Shown: in pieces, positions 42,571 through 57,300 of the stretch
Numbering within the stretch: position 1 is the first letter of the stretch
Layout: every line of letters starts with the position of its first letter
Assembly: GCA_951406725.2 (NCBI GenBank)
Contig: OX597842.1
Span: 9,982,001-10,046,000 of the forward strand
Reading direction: 5' to 3'
Length of the DNA stretch: 64,000 nucleotides
DNA from: Octopus vulgaris
Taxonomy: Eukaryota
Notes under the pieces: model-generated
Told to the model about the DNA's origin: nothing
What the model saw: only the letters and a program-made list of their open reading frames with translations
Databases searched by the model: none
Made by a program: the position numbers and the translations under genes

Positions 42571-43307
42571 TTAACCCCTTCGTTACCAACCCGGCTGAAA
42601 CCACCTCTGGCTCTTTAGTACAAATCTTTTGTTTTCATTAAGTTCTGAATTAAAATCTTCCACCAAACCTTAGTCTCAATTTATGTTCCTAACACTAGCT
42701 TAATGATAATTAAATTATTTAGCTAAATTCTTTGTTATATCTAAAATAATTGAAGGAAACACAGAGCATCTTAACAGAAATATGGTAAGAAAAGGGTTAA
42801 AATATATAATAGAGAAACGATTCTTAACCCTTTTGATACTAGCCCGGCTGAAACTGCCTCTGGGCTCCGTAATACAAATGCCTTGTTTTCAAAAGATCTG
42901 AATTAAAATCTTCCACGAAACCTTAGTCACAATTTATGTTCCTAACACCAGCTTAATGATAACTAAGTTGTTTTACTAAATTCTTTGTTATATTTAAAAT
43001 TAATTGAAAGAAACACAGAGCATCTCAACAGAAATATGGTAACAAAAGGGTTAAAATATATAATAGAGAAACAATTCTTAACCCTTTTGATACCAACCCG
43101 GCTGAAACCGCCTCTGGCTCTGTAGTACAAATGCCTTGTTTTCATAAGTTTTGAATTAAAATCTTCCACCAAACCTTAGTCACAATTTATGTTCCTAACA
43201 CTAGCTTAATGATAACTAAGTTATTTTACTAAATTCTTTGTTATATTTAAAATTAATTGAAAGAAACACAGAGCATCTCAACAGAAATATGGTAACAAAA
43301 GGGTTAA
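42571..43307. mobile_element. Three tandem piggyBac-type MITEs (TTAA-CCC...GGG-TTAA)
   Basis: Copies at 42571-42800, 42824-43054 and 43078-43307. TIR ttaacccttt.g.tacca / tggtaacaaaagggttaa. Confidence 0.7.
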
Positions 43308-44010
43308 TGATCTGCTGTGCAATAGCAAACCCGTTAGCATTGAAGTCAACCATACCTGGCCTGAATAATCTGTTATATGTTCAAACAAGCTAGATCAGGC
43401 TTTTCACACCAAACTTACAATGTCATTCTACAAATAAACAATCACATCGTTAAAATCTCAAAGCGATGAGACAATCCATGATTAATTCAAAACATGGATA
43501 AATAGGGGCTACATTTGACAGAGCAATCTGAATGCTAAATGGTTAACCTGGCCATAACAGGACCAGATATTCCACCTGCTTTATGGTCAAACAAGCCAGA
43601 GCAGGCTTCTCACCCCTACCCAACAATGTCATTCTAAAAATACATTTGACAGAGAAATCCGAATACTATAGAGTTAAACTGGCCATATCCAGACCAGATA
43701 ATCTGCTTAATTCTGCAAACTAGCAATATATATATATACATACATATATATATATATACATACATACATACAATTATATACATATATATATATATATACA
43801 TACATACATACAATTATATACATATATATATATATATACATACATACATACAATTATATACATATATATATATACATACATACATACAATTATATACATA
43901 TATATATATATATACATACATACATACAATTATATACATATATATATATATACATACATACATACAATTATATACATATATATATATATACATACATACA
44001 TACATACAAT

Positions 44011-44052
<42 letters not shown>

Positions 44053-44528
44053 CATACAATTATATACATATATATCTTACGCCTATCCTAAACAATGTGA
44101 AAATATAAGGCTTACATTTGACAGAGAAATCTCAATTCTTCAGCACTTACACACCTCTGCTCTCAGCATCCCTCAGGGATTTGGTTTAAGATTTAACATA
44201 TTTCTCCTCTCAACGCTGCGTCGATCCATATTGACGAAGTTGACTAAAGCAAACTCGGTGTACGAGTGTCAGAAAAGTTTTGGGATCAAGTGGTGGAAAT
44301 TCAGAAGTCCAAACCATTTTCGGAAAACAAGCTTCTCTCCAACTTTTGTATAAGTGTGTCCGTTCAAATAAAACACTCGGTAGATTATTGCATAAACACA
44401 TTAATATGTACATATACAGGCACATACATACATACATACACACACATATATATATATATATATATACACACATGCACATATATTTATACATATACAAACA
44501 TATACATATTGATATACATATATATACA

Positions 44529-44572
<44 letters not shown>

Positions 44573-44673
44573 CAAATATAGATTTACATACATATACATA
44601 TATACATATATATACATGCATATACATATATATATATATACATACATATATTTATATACATATATATACATAC

Positions 44674-44706
<33 letters not shown>

Positions 44707-45262
44707 CATACATACATATATATACATACATATATACATACATATATTTATATACATACATATATATGTACATATATATATATATACATACATATATATG
44801 TATACACACATATATACATATACACACATACACATATACATATATATATATATACACATATACACACATACATATTTATACATATATATTTATATATACA
44901 TATATATACATACACATATATTTATATACACATATTTATATACACATATATATACATACACATATATACATATATATACATCTATATATACATACACATA
45001 CATCTACATATATAGATATATGATATGCACACTCATATATATTGTATTTATACACCCATTCAACTTGTACTCACTGTTTCTATATCCGCTATACACATCC
45101 ACACATAAACTCATATATATCCCAAGCCAGATATCACTTAAATACACACACATACATGTGTATATATATGTCTGTATGTATGTATGTATGCATGTGTGTG
45201 TGTATATATGTCCATACACATGTGTGCGTGTGTGTATCAATATACACACGTATATAAATCAC

Positions 45263-45295
<33 letters not shown>

Positions 45296-45660
45296 TATAA
45301 ATATATACACACACATGTACACATGTATATACACACATCCATACATACATATAAACATTTATATACACATATATATCTATATACCTATACATGCATATAT
45401 ACACATATCTATATACAGATATAAAATACAAATGTATACATACATACATATATACATATATATACATATATATATACATATATATACATATATATATACA
45501 TATATATACATATATATATATATATATACATACATACAATTATATACATATATATATATACAAACAATTATATACATACACACACACACACACATATATA
45601 TATATACATATATATATACATATGTGCAGTATACACATGTAACATTCTTTCACATATATA

Positions 45661-45693
<33 letters not shown>

Positions 45694-45759
45694 ACTTATT
45701 ACATTGACTCGCCACAAGTTTGACACGACAGGACAGCCGAAGCAAGCGAGTCACACGAG

Positions 45760-46618
45760 TCACACATCACGAAACCGTGTTATATGCTTGTTGTTGTGCC
45801 TCCTGCTCTTCTTCATCCTGCCGTAAAAGTCTCTATTTTCGTCACCTCCGTCGACACCGTCATCACCTTTCTCTTCGACGTGTCCATGTTTGTTGTCGCC
45901 GTCGACGCAGCCTTTCGGCCGGTGCGTGTAGCGACGACGGCGTCCACTCGAGCCCCGGTCGTCGTAGTAGTCTTTGGCAGGTGGCGTCACGCCGTGTCTG
46001 TTTAGGCTGATCACTTTGGAGTGGACGCGGACAGTCTCGGACCTCCGTCCGTTGTCATCGTCATCGTCATCATCGTCGTCGTCTTCCAACTCACCGTCGT
46101 TATCATCGCCAGCACCACCAACGTGATCGTCGTCAACACTGTCAACTCGACGGCGACCACGCTCACCACCGTCATCAGCATTACTATCACCACTGCTATC
46201 ACCGTCATCATTGTCATCGCTTTTATAGACACCAGAGTGGATGGACTTGAGTTTTGTAGATCTACAAGACTTCACCGGTTTGAGAACAATACTTTTGGTG
46301 GGGCCAAGGCGTGGGTGGTGGTGGTGGTGGTGTTGGTGACGATTATGCTGGTCGCTGCTCGCAGTATTACTATTATTGACGTCGTCGTCGTCAATATCGA
46401 CGGTGCCGTCATTGCTGGTGTCGTCGATATTGACATGATTGTCGTGGCTGTCGTTTAGAGAGTTCACTCCTTTGCTGTCCTTAGTAGTACCGTCATCAGC
46501 GCTGCAGTTGTTCGAAGAGCCGCTGGCGTCAACAGAGTTGCTGTACTTGTGGCGCTTGTTGTAAGAGGAGGAGCTTGGTATGACATCCATACGGAGACGA
46601 GGAGCCGACGGGAAAACT
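45760..46618 (-). CDS. Probable terminal coding exon of an unidentified gene (D/N/H/R-rich low-complexity, about 285 aa)
   Basis: tttgtttttcttttgcag acceptor, long GC-richer open frame VFPSAPRLRMDVIP...RFRDV*, phase 2. Confidence 0.55.
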
Positions 46619-46689
46619 CTGCAAAAGAAAAACAAAAACAAAATGTCAGAAAGAAAAACAAAATGTAAAAAAATAATGTAAAATAAATT

Positions 46690-47100
46690 GGATCTTTTCG
46701 GTTTGAACGGCAGTTTTTCCTAGCGGTGTTATATGAAATTGTCACCCATAATTATGACCCTAGTATCGATCTATTGCATTTCAATCTGTTTTAGGGTTAG
46801 GGTTAGGAGAAGGGTATCTTTTTTTCTTCACAAATGTTAATAAACCCAATCTGTTTCTTAAACGAGGGACATATTCATACGGCACAGAATGTTTTTCACC
46901 TTAATAGACGTCAGTGATTGGTTGAAATTGCAGAAATTGAAGAAAAAAAAACAACAAATATCTTACAACTATAGAATTTTCTGAATAAAGCCAAGAGAAA
47001 AAGATGTTTTATAAACACATTCTACCAGTATACGAAGTTTAAAAGTGTTCAGTTACGTGGAAATTATTTTTAAAAACTGCCGGTCAAACCGAAAAGACCC
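46690..47100. mobile_element. MITE with TIRs of about 29 bp (GGATCTTTTCGGTTTGA.CGGCAGTTTTT) and internal TTAGGG repeats
   Basis: TIRs at both ends. Related copies at 50980-51805 and 58484-58852. Confidence 0.7.
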
Positions 47101-47149
47101 AAAAATATTTAATTCAATCGCATCCAAAATTCCTATCACCAACTTGATA

Positions 47150-47970
47150 CTCTCATTACTTTTACTCTTTTACTTGTTTCAGTCATTTGACTGTGGCCAT
47201 GCTGGAGCACTGCCTTTTAATCAAGCAAATCGACCCCAGGACTTATTCTTTGTAAGCCTAGTACTTATTCTATCGGTCTCTTTTGCTGAACCGCTAAGTT
47301 TACTCTTTTTACTTGCTTCAGTCATTTGACTGTGGCCATGCTGGAGCACCGCCTTTAGTCGAGCAACTCGACCCCGGGACTTATTCTTTCAAAGCCTAGT
47401 ACTTACTGTATCGGTCTCCTTGGGCTAATGAGATCTTGTTAATTTAGCTGCAGTTCGGCTATGGTCAAGAAGAATTGCGGTTAAAAGCCATTCCAACCAT
47501 GACAATCCGGTCATATTTCCTTCTCAAACAGAATGTATGTCGGACCAAAGCAACCAGAGATAATACAGTGTTATTTGAGTGGAAACAAATATAGATTACT
47601 CTTTTACTTGTTTCAGTCATTTGACTGTGGCCATGCTGGAGCACCGCCTTTAGTCGAGCAAATCGACCCCAGGACTTATTCTTTGTAAGCCTAGTACTTA
47701 TTCTATCGGTCTCTTTTGCCGAACTGCTAAGTTTACTCTTTTACTTGTTTCAGTCATGTGACCGTGGCCATGCTGGATCACTGCCTTTAGTCGAGCAAAT
47801 CGCCCCCAGGACTTATTCTTTGTAAGCCTAGTACTTATTCTATCGATCTCTCTTGCCGAACTGCTAAGTTTACTCTTTTACTTGTTTCAGTCATTTTGAC
47901 CGCGGCCATGCTGGAGGACCGCCTTTAGTCGAGCAAATCGACCCCGGGACTTATTCTTTGGAAGCCTATA
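47150..47970 (-). mobile_element. Tandem 3'-end fragments of SINE family A
   Basis: Five repeats of cttttacttgtttcagtcatttgactg.ggccatgctggag... Confidence 0.75.
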
Positions 47971-48171
47971 GCCGCTGTTGGTTTATTTACACACCAATAA
48001 CTTAGCGACCAAGCAAAAGCGACTGACACGATAAACACCAAGTTTTAAAAAATAGATACTCAGGTCACCAATTGATTCAACAACAACAACAACGACAACA
48101 ACAAAAACCCTGCAAAGCAGTGAGTGCTCCAGCCTGGTCGCAACCCAATGACTTAAATGAGTTTTTTTTTA

Positions 48172-48453
<282 letters not shown>

Positions 48454-48548
48454 TTACAGGGAAAAATTAGATTTAGGATTAAATCTAATTTTACAGTATA
48501 AATATATATAATAAAAATAAAAATAATAAAAGAATATATATATATGTA

Positions 48549-48594
<46 letters not shown>

Positions 48595-48728
48595 TAGTTG
48601 AATGAATTATCTTAGTATGGATAATTCGGTTAACCGATACCTGGGTAGCAAATTCACGTCAGAAAAACACGATTGAAGCTACATGAATTTTGTTAAATCG
48701 TCGTTCAACTCCATTCTTTCATTTATTT

Positions 48729-48766
<38 letters not shown>

Positions 48767-48769
48767 AAC

Positions 48770-49050
48770 AATTGCAGCGTGGAAGGTGTTTGTAAGCCAT
48801 TTAAGAAACACACAAAAACCGTTCGATTCACTTCAACATTTAAGTTTAATTTGTCAAAATATTTTTGTCGCTTTAAGACCGCGACCTGTTCACTGACAAA
48901 ATTCCATGCAGCACGGATTTTTGTCAGTGAACAGTTCGCGGTCTTAAAGCGACGAAAATATTTTGACAAATTAAACTTAAATGTTGAAGTGAATCGAACG
49001 GTTTTTGTGTGTTTCTTAAATGGCTTACAAACACCTTCCACGCTGCAATT
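48770..49050. mobile_element. Near-perfect palindromic element (arms about 135 bp) inside (TA)n
   Basis: aattgcagcgtggaagg...ccttccacgctgcaatt. The ORF track shows the same peptide on both strands. Confidence 0.7.
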
Positions 49051-49063
49051 ATATATATATATG

Positions 49064-49097
<34 letters not shown>

Positions 49098-49100
<3 letters not shown>

Positions 49101-49483
49101 TCTTTTACTTGTTTCAGTCATTTGACTGCGGCCATGCTGGAGCACCGCCTTTTAGTCGAGCAAATCGACCCCAGGACTTATTCTTTGGAAGCCTAGCACT
49201 TATTCTATCGGTCTCTTTTGCCGCTAAGTTACAGGGACGTAAACACACCAGCATCAGTTGTCAAGCGATGTTGGGGGAGAAACACAGACACACACACATA
49301 TACACATATATATATATATACATACATACATATATACGACGGGTTTCTTTCAGTTTCCGTCTACCAAATCCACTCACAAGGCTTTGGTTGAAGACACTTG
49401 TCCAAGGTGCCATGCAGTGGGACTGAACCCGGAACCATGTGGTTGGTAAGCAAGCTACTTACCACACAGCCACTCCTACGCCT
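49098..49483 (-). mobile_element. SINE family A, near full length
   Basis: Head-to-tail match. Confidence 0.8.
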
Positions 49484-49524
49484 CGATATCATTATGTAAA
49501 AAGAAAAAAACGTAAAATATTCTA

Positions 49525-49852
49525 CTCTGGCTCCCTATTGGTTACAACCATGAGGGTCCCAGCTGATCCGATCAACAGAACAGCTTGCTCATGAAATTAA
49601 CTTGCAGGTGGCTGAGTACTCCACAGACACGTGTACCCTTAACATAGTTCTCAGGGAGATTCAGCATGACACAGTGTGTGAAAAGACTGACCCTTTGAAA
49701 TACAGGTACTACTCATTTTTGCCAGCTGAGTGAACTGGAGCAACGTGAAATAAAGTGTCTTGCTCAAGGACACAATGTGTTGCCAGGAATTGAACTCATG
49801 ACCTTACAATCGTGAACTGAATACCCTAGCCACTAAGCCACGAGCCTTCACA
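49525..49852 (-). mobile_element. tRNA-derived SINE, head type 2 with tail Y
   Basis: Head gtgaaggc.cgtggcttagtgg...ccttgagcaagacact. Relatives at 31097-31310, 62755-62985 and 63000-63580. Confidence 0.75.
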
Positions 49853-50043
49853 GAATTGTTAGACGGATATATAACACACACACACACACTATCTGTTTGT
49901 CTCTTACACACACACACACACTCTCTCTCTCTCTCTCTCTCTCTCTTACACACACACTATCTCTCTCTATCTCTTTCTAACACACACTCTAATGTGCACA
50001 CTATCTTTCTGTCTCTCTCACACATACTCTCAGTTTCTCTCTT

Positions 50044-50085
<42 letters not shown>

Positions 50086-50664
50086 ATACAGAAACACTAA
50101 AGTGCAGACACACGCAATAACTACTTCACCAAATATATACGCACACTACCTCAAGTGTGCACACACATACACACACGTGCTTCACCTTCACTCGAGAACA
50201 TACATATACACACGCAAGCTCCACTCTCACTCGACAGCACATACACACACACGTTCAAACACATACACACACACACACGCTCAAACACACACAAAGAAAT
50301 ATTGAGGTACAAACACACACACACACATACACACACACGTTCAAACACACAATATTGAGATACAAACACACACACACACATGTTCAAACACACACACATA
50401 CACACACACATATACATACACACACACAAAGGAATATTGAGGTACAAACACACACACACACACACGTTCAAACACACACACATACACAAAAAATATTGAG
50501 ATACAAACACACACACATACACACGTTCAAACACACACACACATATACATACACACACACACACACACAAATATTGAGGTACAAACACACACACACACAC
50601 GACAAACACACACACACACACACACACGTTCAAACACACACACACACACACAAATATTGAGATA

Positions 50665-50704
<40 letters not shown>

Positions 50705-50979
50705 CCCATTATGTAAGAGCATCTGAACGTCTGAACGTGACTCCGTACGACCTTCAATGTTGTCATAGAAAACGAGAAGGTCACAGAACCAGGACAGAAC
50801 ACAGAACACAGGGCGACATGGGAAATAACTCTCGCTGGACTAGTGATCGATTCAGCCTCCAGGTGGATCCATTGCCATGCTAGAAATAGCAGCAAAATCC
50901 CACCAGCCTCTCGCAAATGATTCCGTCTTACTGTTTTCTGTTAATGGCAATGATTTCGATCATAGGTATGATGGATGAG

Positions 50980-51805
50980 GGATCTTTTCGGTTTGACCGG
51001 CAGTTTTTTAAAATAATTTCCACATAACTAAACACTTTAAAACTTCGTATACTGGTAGAATGTGTTTATAAAACATCTTTTTCTCTTGGCTTTATTGAGA
51101 AAATTCTATAGTTTCTAAGATATTTGTTGTTGTTTTTTCTTCAATTTCTGCAATTTCAACCAATCACTGACGTCTATTGAGGTAAAAAAAAACATTTTGT
51201 GCCGTATGAACATGTCCCTCGTTTAAGAAACAGATTGGGTTTATTTACATTTCTGAAGAAAAAAAGATACCCTTCCCCCACCCCTAACCCTAACCCTAAA
51301 ATTCTATATTTTGTAAGATATTTGTTGTTGTTTTTTCTTCAATTTCTGCAATTTCAACCAATCACTGACGTCTATTGAGGTAAAAAAAACATTTTGTGCC
51401 GTATGAATATGTCCCTCGTTTAAGAAACAGATTGGGTTTATTTACATTTCTGAAGAAAAAAAGATACCCTTCCCCCACCCCTAACCCTAACCCTAAATAA
51501 CCCTACCCCTAAAATTCTATATTTTGTAAGATATTTGTTGTTGTTTTTTCTTCAATTTCTGCAATTTCAACCAATCACTGACGTCTATTGAGGTAAAAAA
51601 AACATTTTGTGCCATATGAATATGTCCCTCGTTTAAGAAACAGATTGGGTTTATTTACATTTCTGAAGAAAAAAAGATACCCTTCCCCTCACCCCTAACC
51701 CTAAAACAGATTGAAATGCAATAGATCGATACTAGGGTCATAATTATGGGTGACAATTTCATATGACACCGCTAGAAAAAACTGCCGTTCAAACCGAAAA
51801 GATCC
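50980..51805. mobile_element. Same MITE in inverted orientation, with an internal segment of about 200 bp triplicated
   Basis: TIRs present. Three units each end in (ccctaa)n. Confidence 0.7.
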
Positions 51806-52486
51806 TAGTTCTGCCTTAATTTACTTCTATAGCACAATTTAACAAGCTAAACTACAGTTTTACCTTAATTTACTTTCATAATACTATCACAATTTAACAA
51901 GCTAATCCAGTTATACTTTACTTAACAAACTAAACTACAGGTCTACCTCAATGTAGGCCTTACCATAATTTAACAAGCTAAACTACAGGTCTACCTCAAT
52001 GTAGGCCTTACCATAATTTAACAAGCTAAACTACAGGTCTACCTCAATGTAGGCCTTACCATAATTTAACAAGCTAAACTACAGGTCTACCTCAATGTAG
52101 GCTTTACCATAATTAAACAAGCTATACTACAGTTCTACCTTCAACAAAACAACAGGTTTAAGTAGCAGACATGGCTATGCAGTGGGATGTTTGTTTCTCG
52201 ACAAAATGTTTCCAAGGTTGGTCCCGCTGTGTGGCACCTTCAACAAGTGTCTGCCACTTGAGTTTCAGGCCAGCCGAAGCATTGGGCTGTGTGAGGAGAG
52301 TTGGTAGACGGAAACCGAAAGAAGCTGATTGCACACATACAAGCATGTGTGTGTGTGTTACTGTGTCGTTGCATGATACTTGGAAGCGGATATTAAGCAT
52401 CGCTGGATGTTTTCGAGTGTGTTCGGATGTCAATCTGCTATGGCTCATCAGAGGAAGGCATTGTTGTGTTCCGTAACAAGAGAGCC

Positions 52487-52549
<63 letters not shown>

Positions 52550-52605
52550 ATATTAGACAGAGACAGACAGATAGGTAGATAGATAGCTATACAGACAGAC
52601 AGACG

Positions 52606-52646
<41 letters not shown>

Positions 52647-52687
52647 GTAGGTAGGTAGGTAGGTAGGTAGGTAGGTAGGTAGGTAGG

Positions 52688-52720
<33 letters not shown>

Positions 52721-52721
52721 T

Positions 52722-52786
<65 letters not shown>

Positions 52787-52858
52787 GTAGGTAGATAGAT
52801 AGATAGGTAGGTAGATAGATAGATAGGTAGGTAGGTAGGTAGGTAGATAGATAGACAG

Positions 52859-52896
<38 letters not shown>

Positions 52897-53309
52897 GAAG
52901 ATAGATAGATACATACATACATACATACATACATACATACATAGATAAACAGACAGATAAATAGATAGAGACAGACAGATAGACAGGCAAACAGACAGAT
53001 AGATAGATAGACAGATAGATAGATAGACAGATAGATAGATAGACTAGATAGATAGATACAGAAAATTGGAGCAATAATGGGGTGGTGATTCGTGTGAAAA
53101 CTAGGTCAATTCATGTAAAAACAACAAAATAATGGGATCCTTAGGTTAAGTTGTATTTGTGAAATACATTTGCTTTGAATTTGTTTCAGAAAGAGGTCTA
53201 TGTTTGTGATGGTCAGTTGGGGTGGGGGCACTAGGAATGTGGCGTGGGTGTCAAAGGAGCCACAGCCCGAAAACATGTACAGCGCCAACATTTGATCACG
53301 ACAGACACC

Positions 53310-53378
53310 TCATCTGCGCAGGTAGTTCAGCAGGAACCTCACCTGTCGTCTGTAACAGAAGACTTGTCCACGATTTCA
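53310..53378 (-). other. Possible exon inside satellite DNA (36-nt internal exon 53378-53343, or terminal exon 53349-53310 RQVRFLLNYLRR*)
   Basis: Unique island with AG acceptors and a CAG|GTGAGG donor. The 36-nt version is phase-compatible with 48376. Confidence 0.3.
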
Positions 53379-53384
53379 CTGACA

Positions 53385-56300
53385 ATTTAACAAGCTAAAC
53401 TACAGGTCTACCTTGTTTTACTTCTACAACACTATTACAACCTTACTGTAGTTCCTTATCACAATTTAACAAGCTAAACTACAGTTCTACCTCAAGTTAG
53501 TTTTTATCACAATTAAACAAGCCAAGATACAGTTCTGCCTTAATTTACTTCTCTATCACAATTTAACAAGCCAAACTACAGGTCTGCCTTAATTTACTTC
53601 TCTATCACAATTTAACAAGCCAAACTACAGGTCTGCCTTAATTTACTTCTATATCACAATTAAACAAGCCAAACTACAGGTCTGCCTTAATTTACTTCTA
53701 TATCACAATTAAACAAGCCAAACTACAGGTCTGCCTTAATTTACTTCTCTATCACAATTAAACAAGCCAAACTACAGGTTCTGCCTTAATTTACTTCTAT
53801 ATCACAATTTAACAAGCCAAACTACAGTTCTGCCTTAATTTACTTCTATATCACAATTTAACAAGCCAAACTACAGGTCTGCCTTAATTTACTTCTATAT
53901 CACAATTAAACAAGCCAAACTACAGGTCTGCCTTAATTTACTTCTATATCACAATTAAACAAGCCAAACTACAGGTCTGCCTTAATTTACTTCTCTATCA
54001 CAATTAAACAAGCCAAACTACAGGTCTGCCTTAATTTACTTCTATATCACAATTAAACAAGCCAAACTACAGGTCTGCCTTAATTTACTTCTATATCACA
54101 ATTTAACAAGCCAAACTACAGTCTGCCTTAATTTACTTCTATATCACAAAAAGCCAAACTCAGGTGCAATTTATATATCACAATTAAACAAGCCAAACTA
54201 CAGGTCTGCCTTAATTTACTTCTATATCACAATTTAAACAAGCCAAACTACAGGTCTGCCTTAATTTACTTCTATATCACAATTAAACAAGCCAAACTAC
54301 AGTTCTGCCTTAATTTACTTCTCTATCACAATTTAACAAGCTAAACTACAGTTCTACCTCAAGGTAGTTTTTATCACAATTAAACAAGCCAAACTACAGG
54401 TCTGCCTTAATTTACTTCTATATCACAATTTAACAAGCCAAACTACAGGTCTGCCTTAATTTACTTCTATATCACAATTAAACAAGCCAAACTACAGGTC
54501 TGCCTTAATTTACTTCTATATCACAATTTAAACAAGCCAAACTACAGGTCTGCCTTAATTTACTTCTATATCACAATTAAACAAGCCAAACTACAGGTCT
54601 GCCTTAATTTACTTCTATATCACAATTTAAACAAGCCAAACTACAGGTCTGCCTTAATTTACTTCTATATCACAATTAAACAAGCCAAACTACAGGTCTG
54701 CCTTAATTTACTTCTATATCACAATTTAAACAAGCCAAACTACAGGTCTGCCTTAATTTACTTCTATATCACAATTAAACAAGCCAAACTACAGGTCTGC
54801 CTTAATTTACTTCTATATCACAATTTAACAAGCCAAACTACAGGTCTGCCTTAATTTACTTCTTAGTCCTTTATCACAATTTAACAAGCCAAACTACAGG
54901 TCTGCCTTAATTTACTTCTATATCACAATTTAACAAGCCAAACTACAGGTCTGCCTTAATTTACTTCTATATCACAATTAAACAAGCCAAACTACAGTTC
55001 TGCCTTAATTTACTTCTATATCACAATTTAACAAGCTAAACTACAGTTCTACCTCAAGGTAGTTTTTATCACAATTAAACAAGCCAAACTACAGTTCTGC
55101 CTTAATTTACTTCTATATCACAATTTAACAAGCTAAACTACAGTTCTGCCTTAATTTACTTCTATATCACAATTAAACAAGCCAAACTACAGGTCTGCCT
55201 TAATTTACTTCTATATCACAATTTAAACAAGCCAAACTACAGGTCTGCCTTAATTTACTTCTCACAATATCACAATTTAATTACAAGCCAAACTACAGGT
55301 CTGCCTTAATTTACTTCTCTATCACAATTTAACAAGCCAAACTACAGGTCTGCCTTAATTTACTTCTCTATCACAATTTAACAAGCCAAACTACAGGTCT
55401 GCCTTAATTTACTTCTATATCACAATTTAACAAGCCAAACTACAGGTCTGCCTTAATTTACTTCTATATCACAATTCAAGCCAAACTACAGGTCTGCCTT
55501 AATTTACTTCTATATCACAATTAAACAAGCCAAACTACAGGTCTGCCTTAATTTACTTCTATAAACTACAGGTCTGCCTTAATTTAAACAAGCCAAACTA
55601 CAGGTCTGCCTTAATTTACTTCTATATCACAATTAAACAAGCCAAACTACAGGTCTGCCTTAATTTACTTCTCTATCAGGTCAATTTAACAAAAACAAGC
55701 CAAACTACAGGTCTGCCTTAATTTACTTCTCTATCACAATTTAACAAGCCAAACTACAGGTCTGCCTTAATTTACTTCTATATCACAATTTAACAAGCCA
55801 AACTACAGGTCTGCCTTAATTTACTTCTCTATACACAATTTAACAAGCCAAACTACAGGTCTGCCTTAATTTACTTCTTATCACAATTTAACAAGCCAAA
55901 CTACAGGTCTGCCTTAATTTACTTCTTATCACAATTTAACAAGCCAAACTACAGGTCTGCCTTAATTTACTTCTATATCACAATTTAACAAGCCAAACTA
56001 CAGGTCTGCCTTAATTTACTTCTATATCACAATTTAACAAGCCAAACTACAGGTCTGCCTTAATTTACTTCTATATCACAATTTAACAAGCCAAACTACA
56101 GGTCTGCCTTAATTTACTTCTATATCACAATTTAACAAGCCAAAATTTACTCAGGTCTGCCTTAATTTACTTCTCTATCACAATTTAACAAGCCAAACTA
56201 CAGGTCTGCCTTAATTTACTTCTATATCACAATTTAACAAGCCAAACTACAGGTCTGCCTTAATTTACTTCTATATCACAATTTAACAAGCCAAACTACA

Positions 56301-57300
56301 GGTCTGCCTTAATTTACTTCTATATCACAATTTAACAAGCCAAACTACAGGTCTGCCTTAATTTACTTCTCTATCAGGTCTGCCTTAATTTACTTCTTAT
56401 CACAATTAAACAAGCCAAACTACAGTTCTGCCTTAATTTACTTCTATATCACAATTAAACAAGCCAAACTACAGTTCTGCCTTAATTTACTTCTATATCA
56501 CAATTTAACAAGCCAAACTACAGGTCTGCCTTAATTTACTTCTATATCACAATTAAACAAGCCAAACTACAGGTCTGCCTTAATTTACTTCTATATCACA
56601 ATTTAACAAGCCAAACTACAGGTCTGCCTTAATTTACTTCTATATCACAATTTAACAAGCCAAACTACAGGTCTGCCTTAATTTACTTCTCTGCCTTAAT
56701 TTATCACAATTTAACAAGCCAAACTACAGGTCTGCCTTAATTTACTTCTATATCACAATTTAAAGCAAGCCAAACTACAGGTCTGCCTTAATTTACTTCT
56801 TATCACAATTTAACAAGCCAAACTACAGGTCTGCCTTAATTTACTTCTATATCACAATTTAACAAGCCAAACTACAGTCTGCCTTAATTTACTTCTCAAA
56901 ACAGTTCTATATCACAATTTAACAAGCTCAAACTACAGGTACTGCCTTAATTACAATTTAAACAAATTTACCAAGCTAAACTACAGGTTGCCTTAATTTA
57001 CTTCTCTATCACAAGTTTAACAAGCCAAACTACAGGTCTCCTTAATTTACTTCTTATCTTGCAAGTGTATTCTCTATATTTTAACAAAACTAAGGTCTGC
57101 TAATTTATATATATATTGTGGTTGTTTTTTTTATCCAATTACAACCATGCTGATGTTTACTACAGTTCTGCCTTAATTTACTTCTATATCACAATAAACA
57201 AGCTCAAACTACAGTTGCCTTAATTTACTTCTATATCACAATTTAAACAAGCTAAACTACATGTAAACGCTATCATAATTTAATAAGTTAATCTACATCT
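53385..57300. repeat. 49-bp satellite, roughly 80 copies
   Basis: Unit acaggtctgccttaatttacttctatatcacaatt(t/a)aacaagccaaact. A 48-bp variant array lies at 51810-52140 and degenerate copies extend to about 58480. Confidence 0.95.

Noticed and set aside
46790-46807. TTAGGG repeats as an interstitial telomere or fusion site
   Set aside because: Only 2-3 units, and they are an integral part of a MITE present in several copies.
53106-53349. In-frame TGA giving RR-U-GVC (UxxC, possible selenoprotein read-through)
   Set aside because: No SECIS-like element is visible downstream and there is no recognisable thioredoxin-fold context.
53385-57300. Regular 49-bp array as a CRISPR array
   Set aside because: Units are contiguous with no unique spacers, so this is a satellite.
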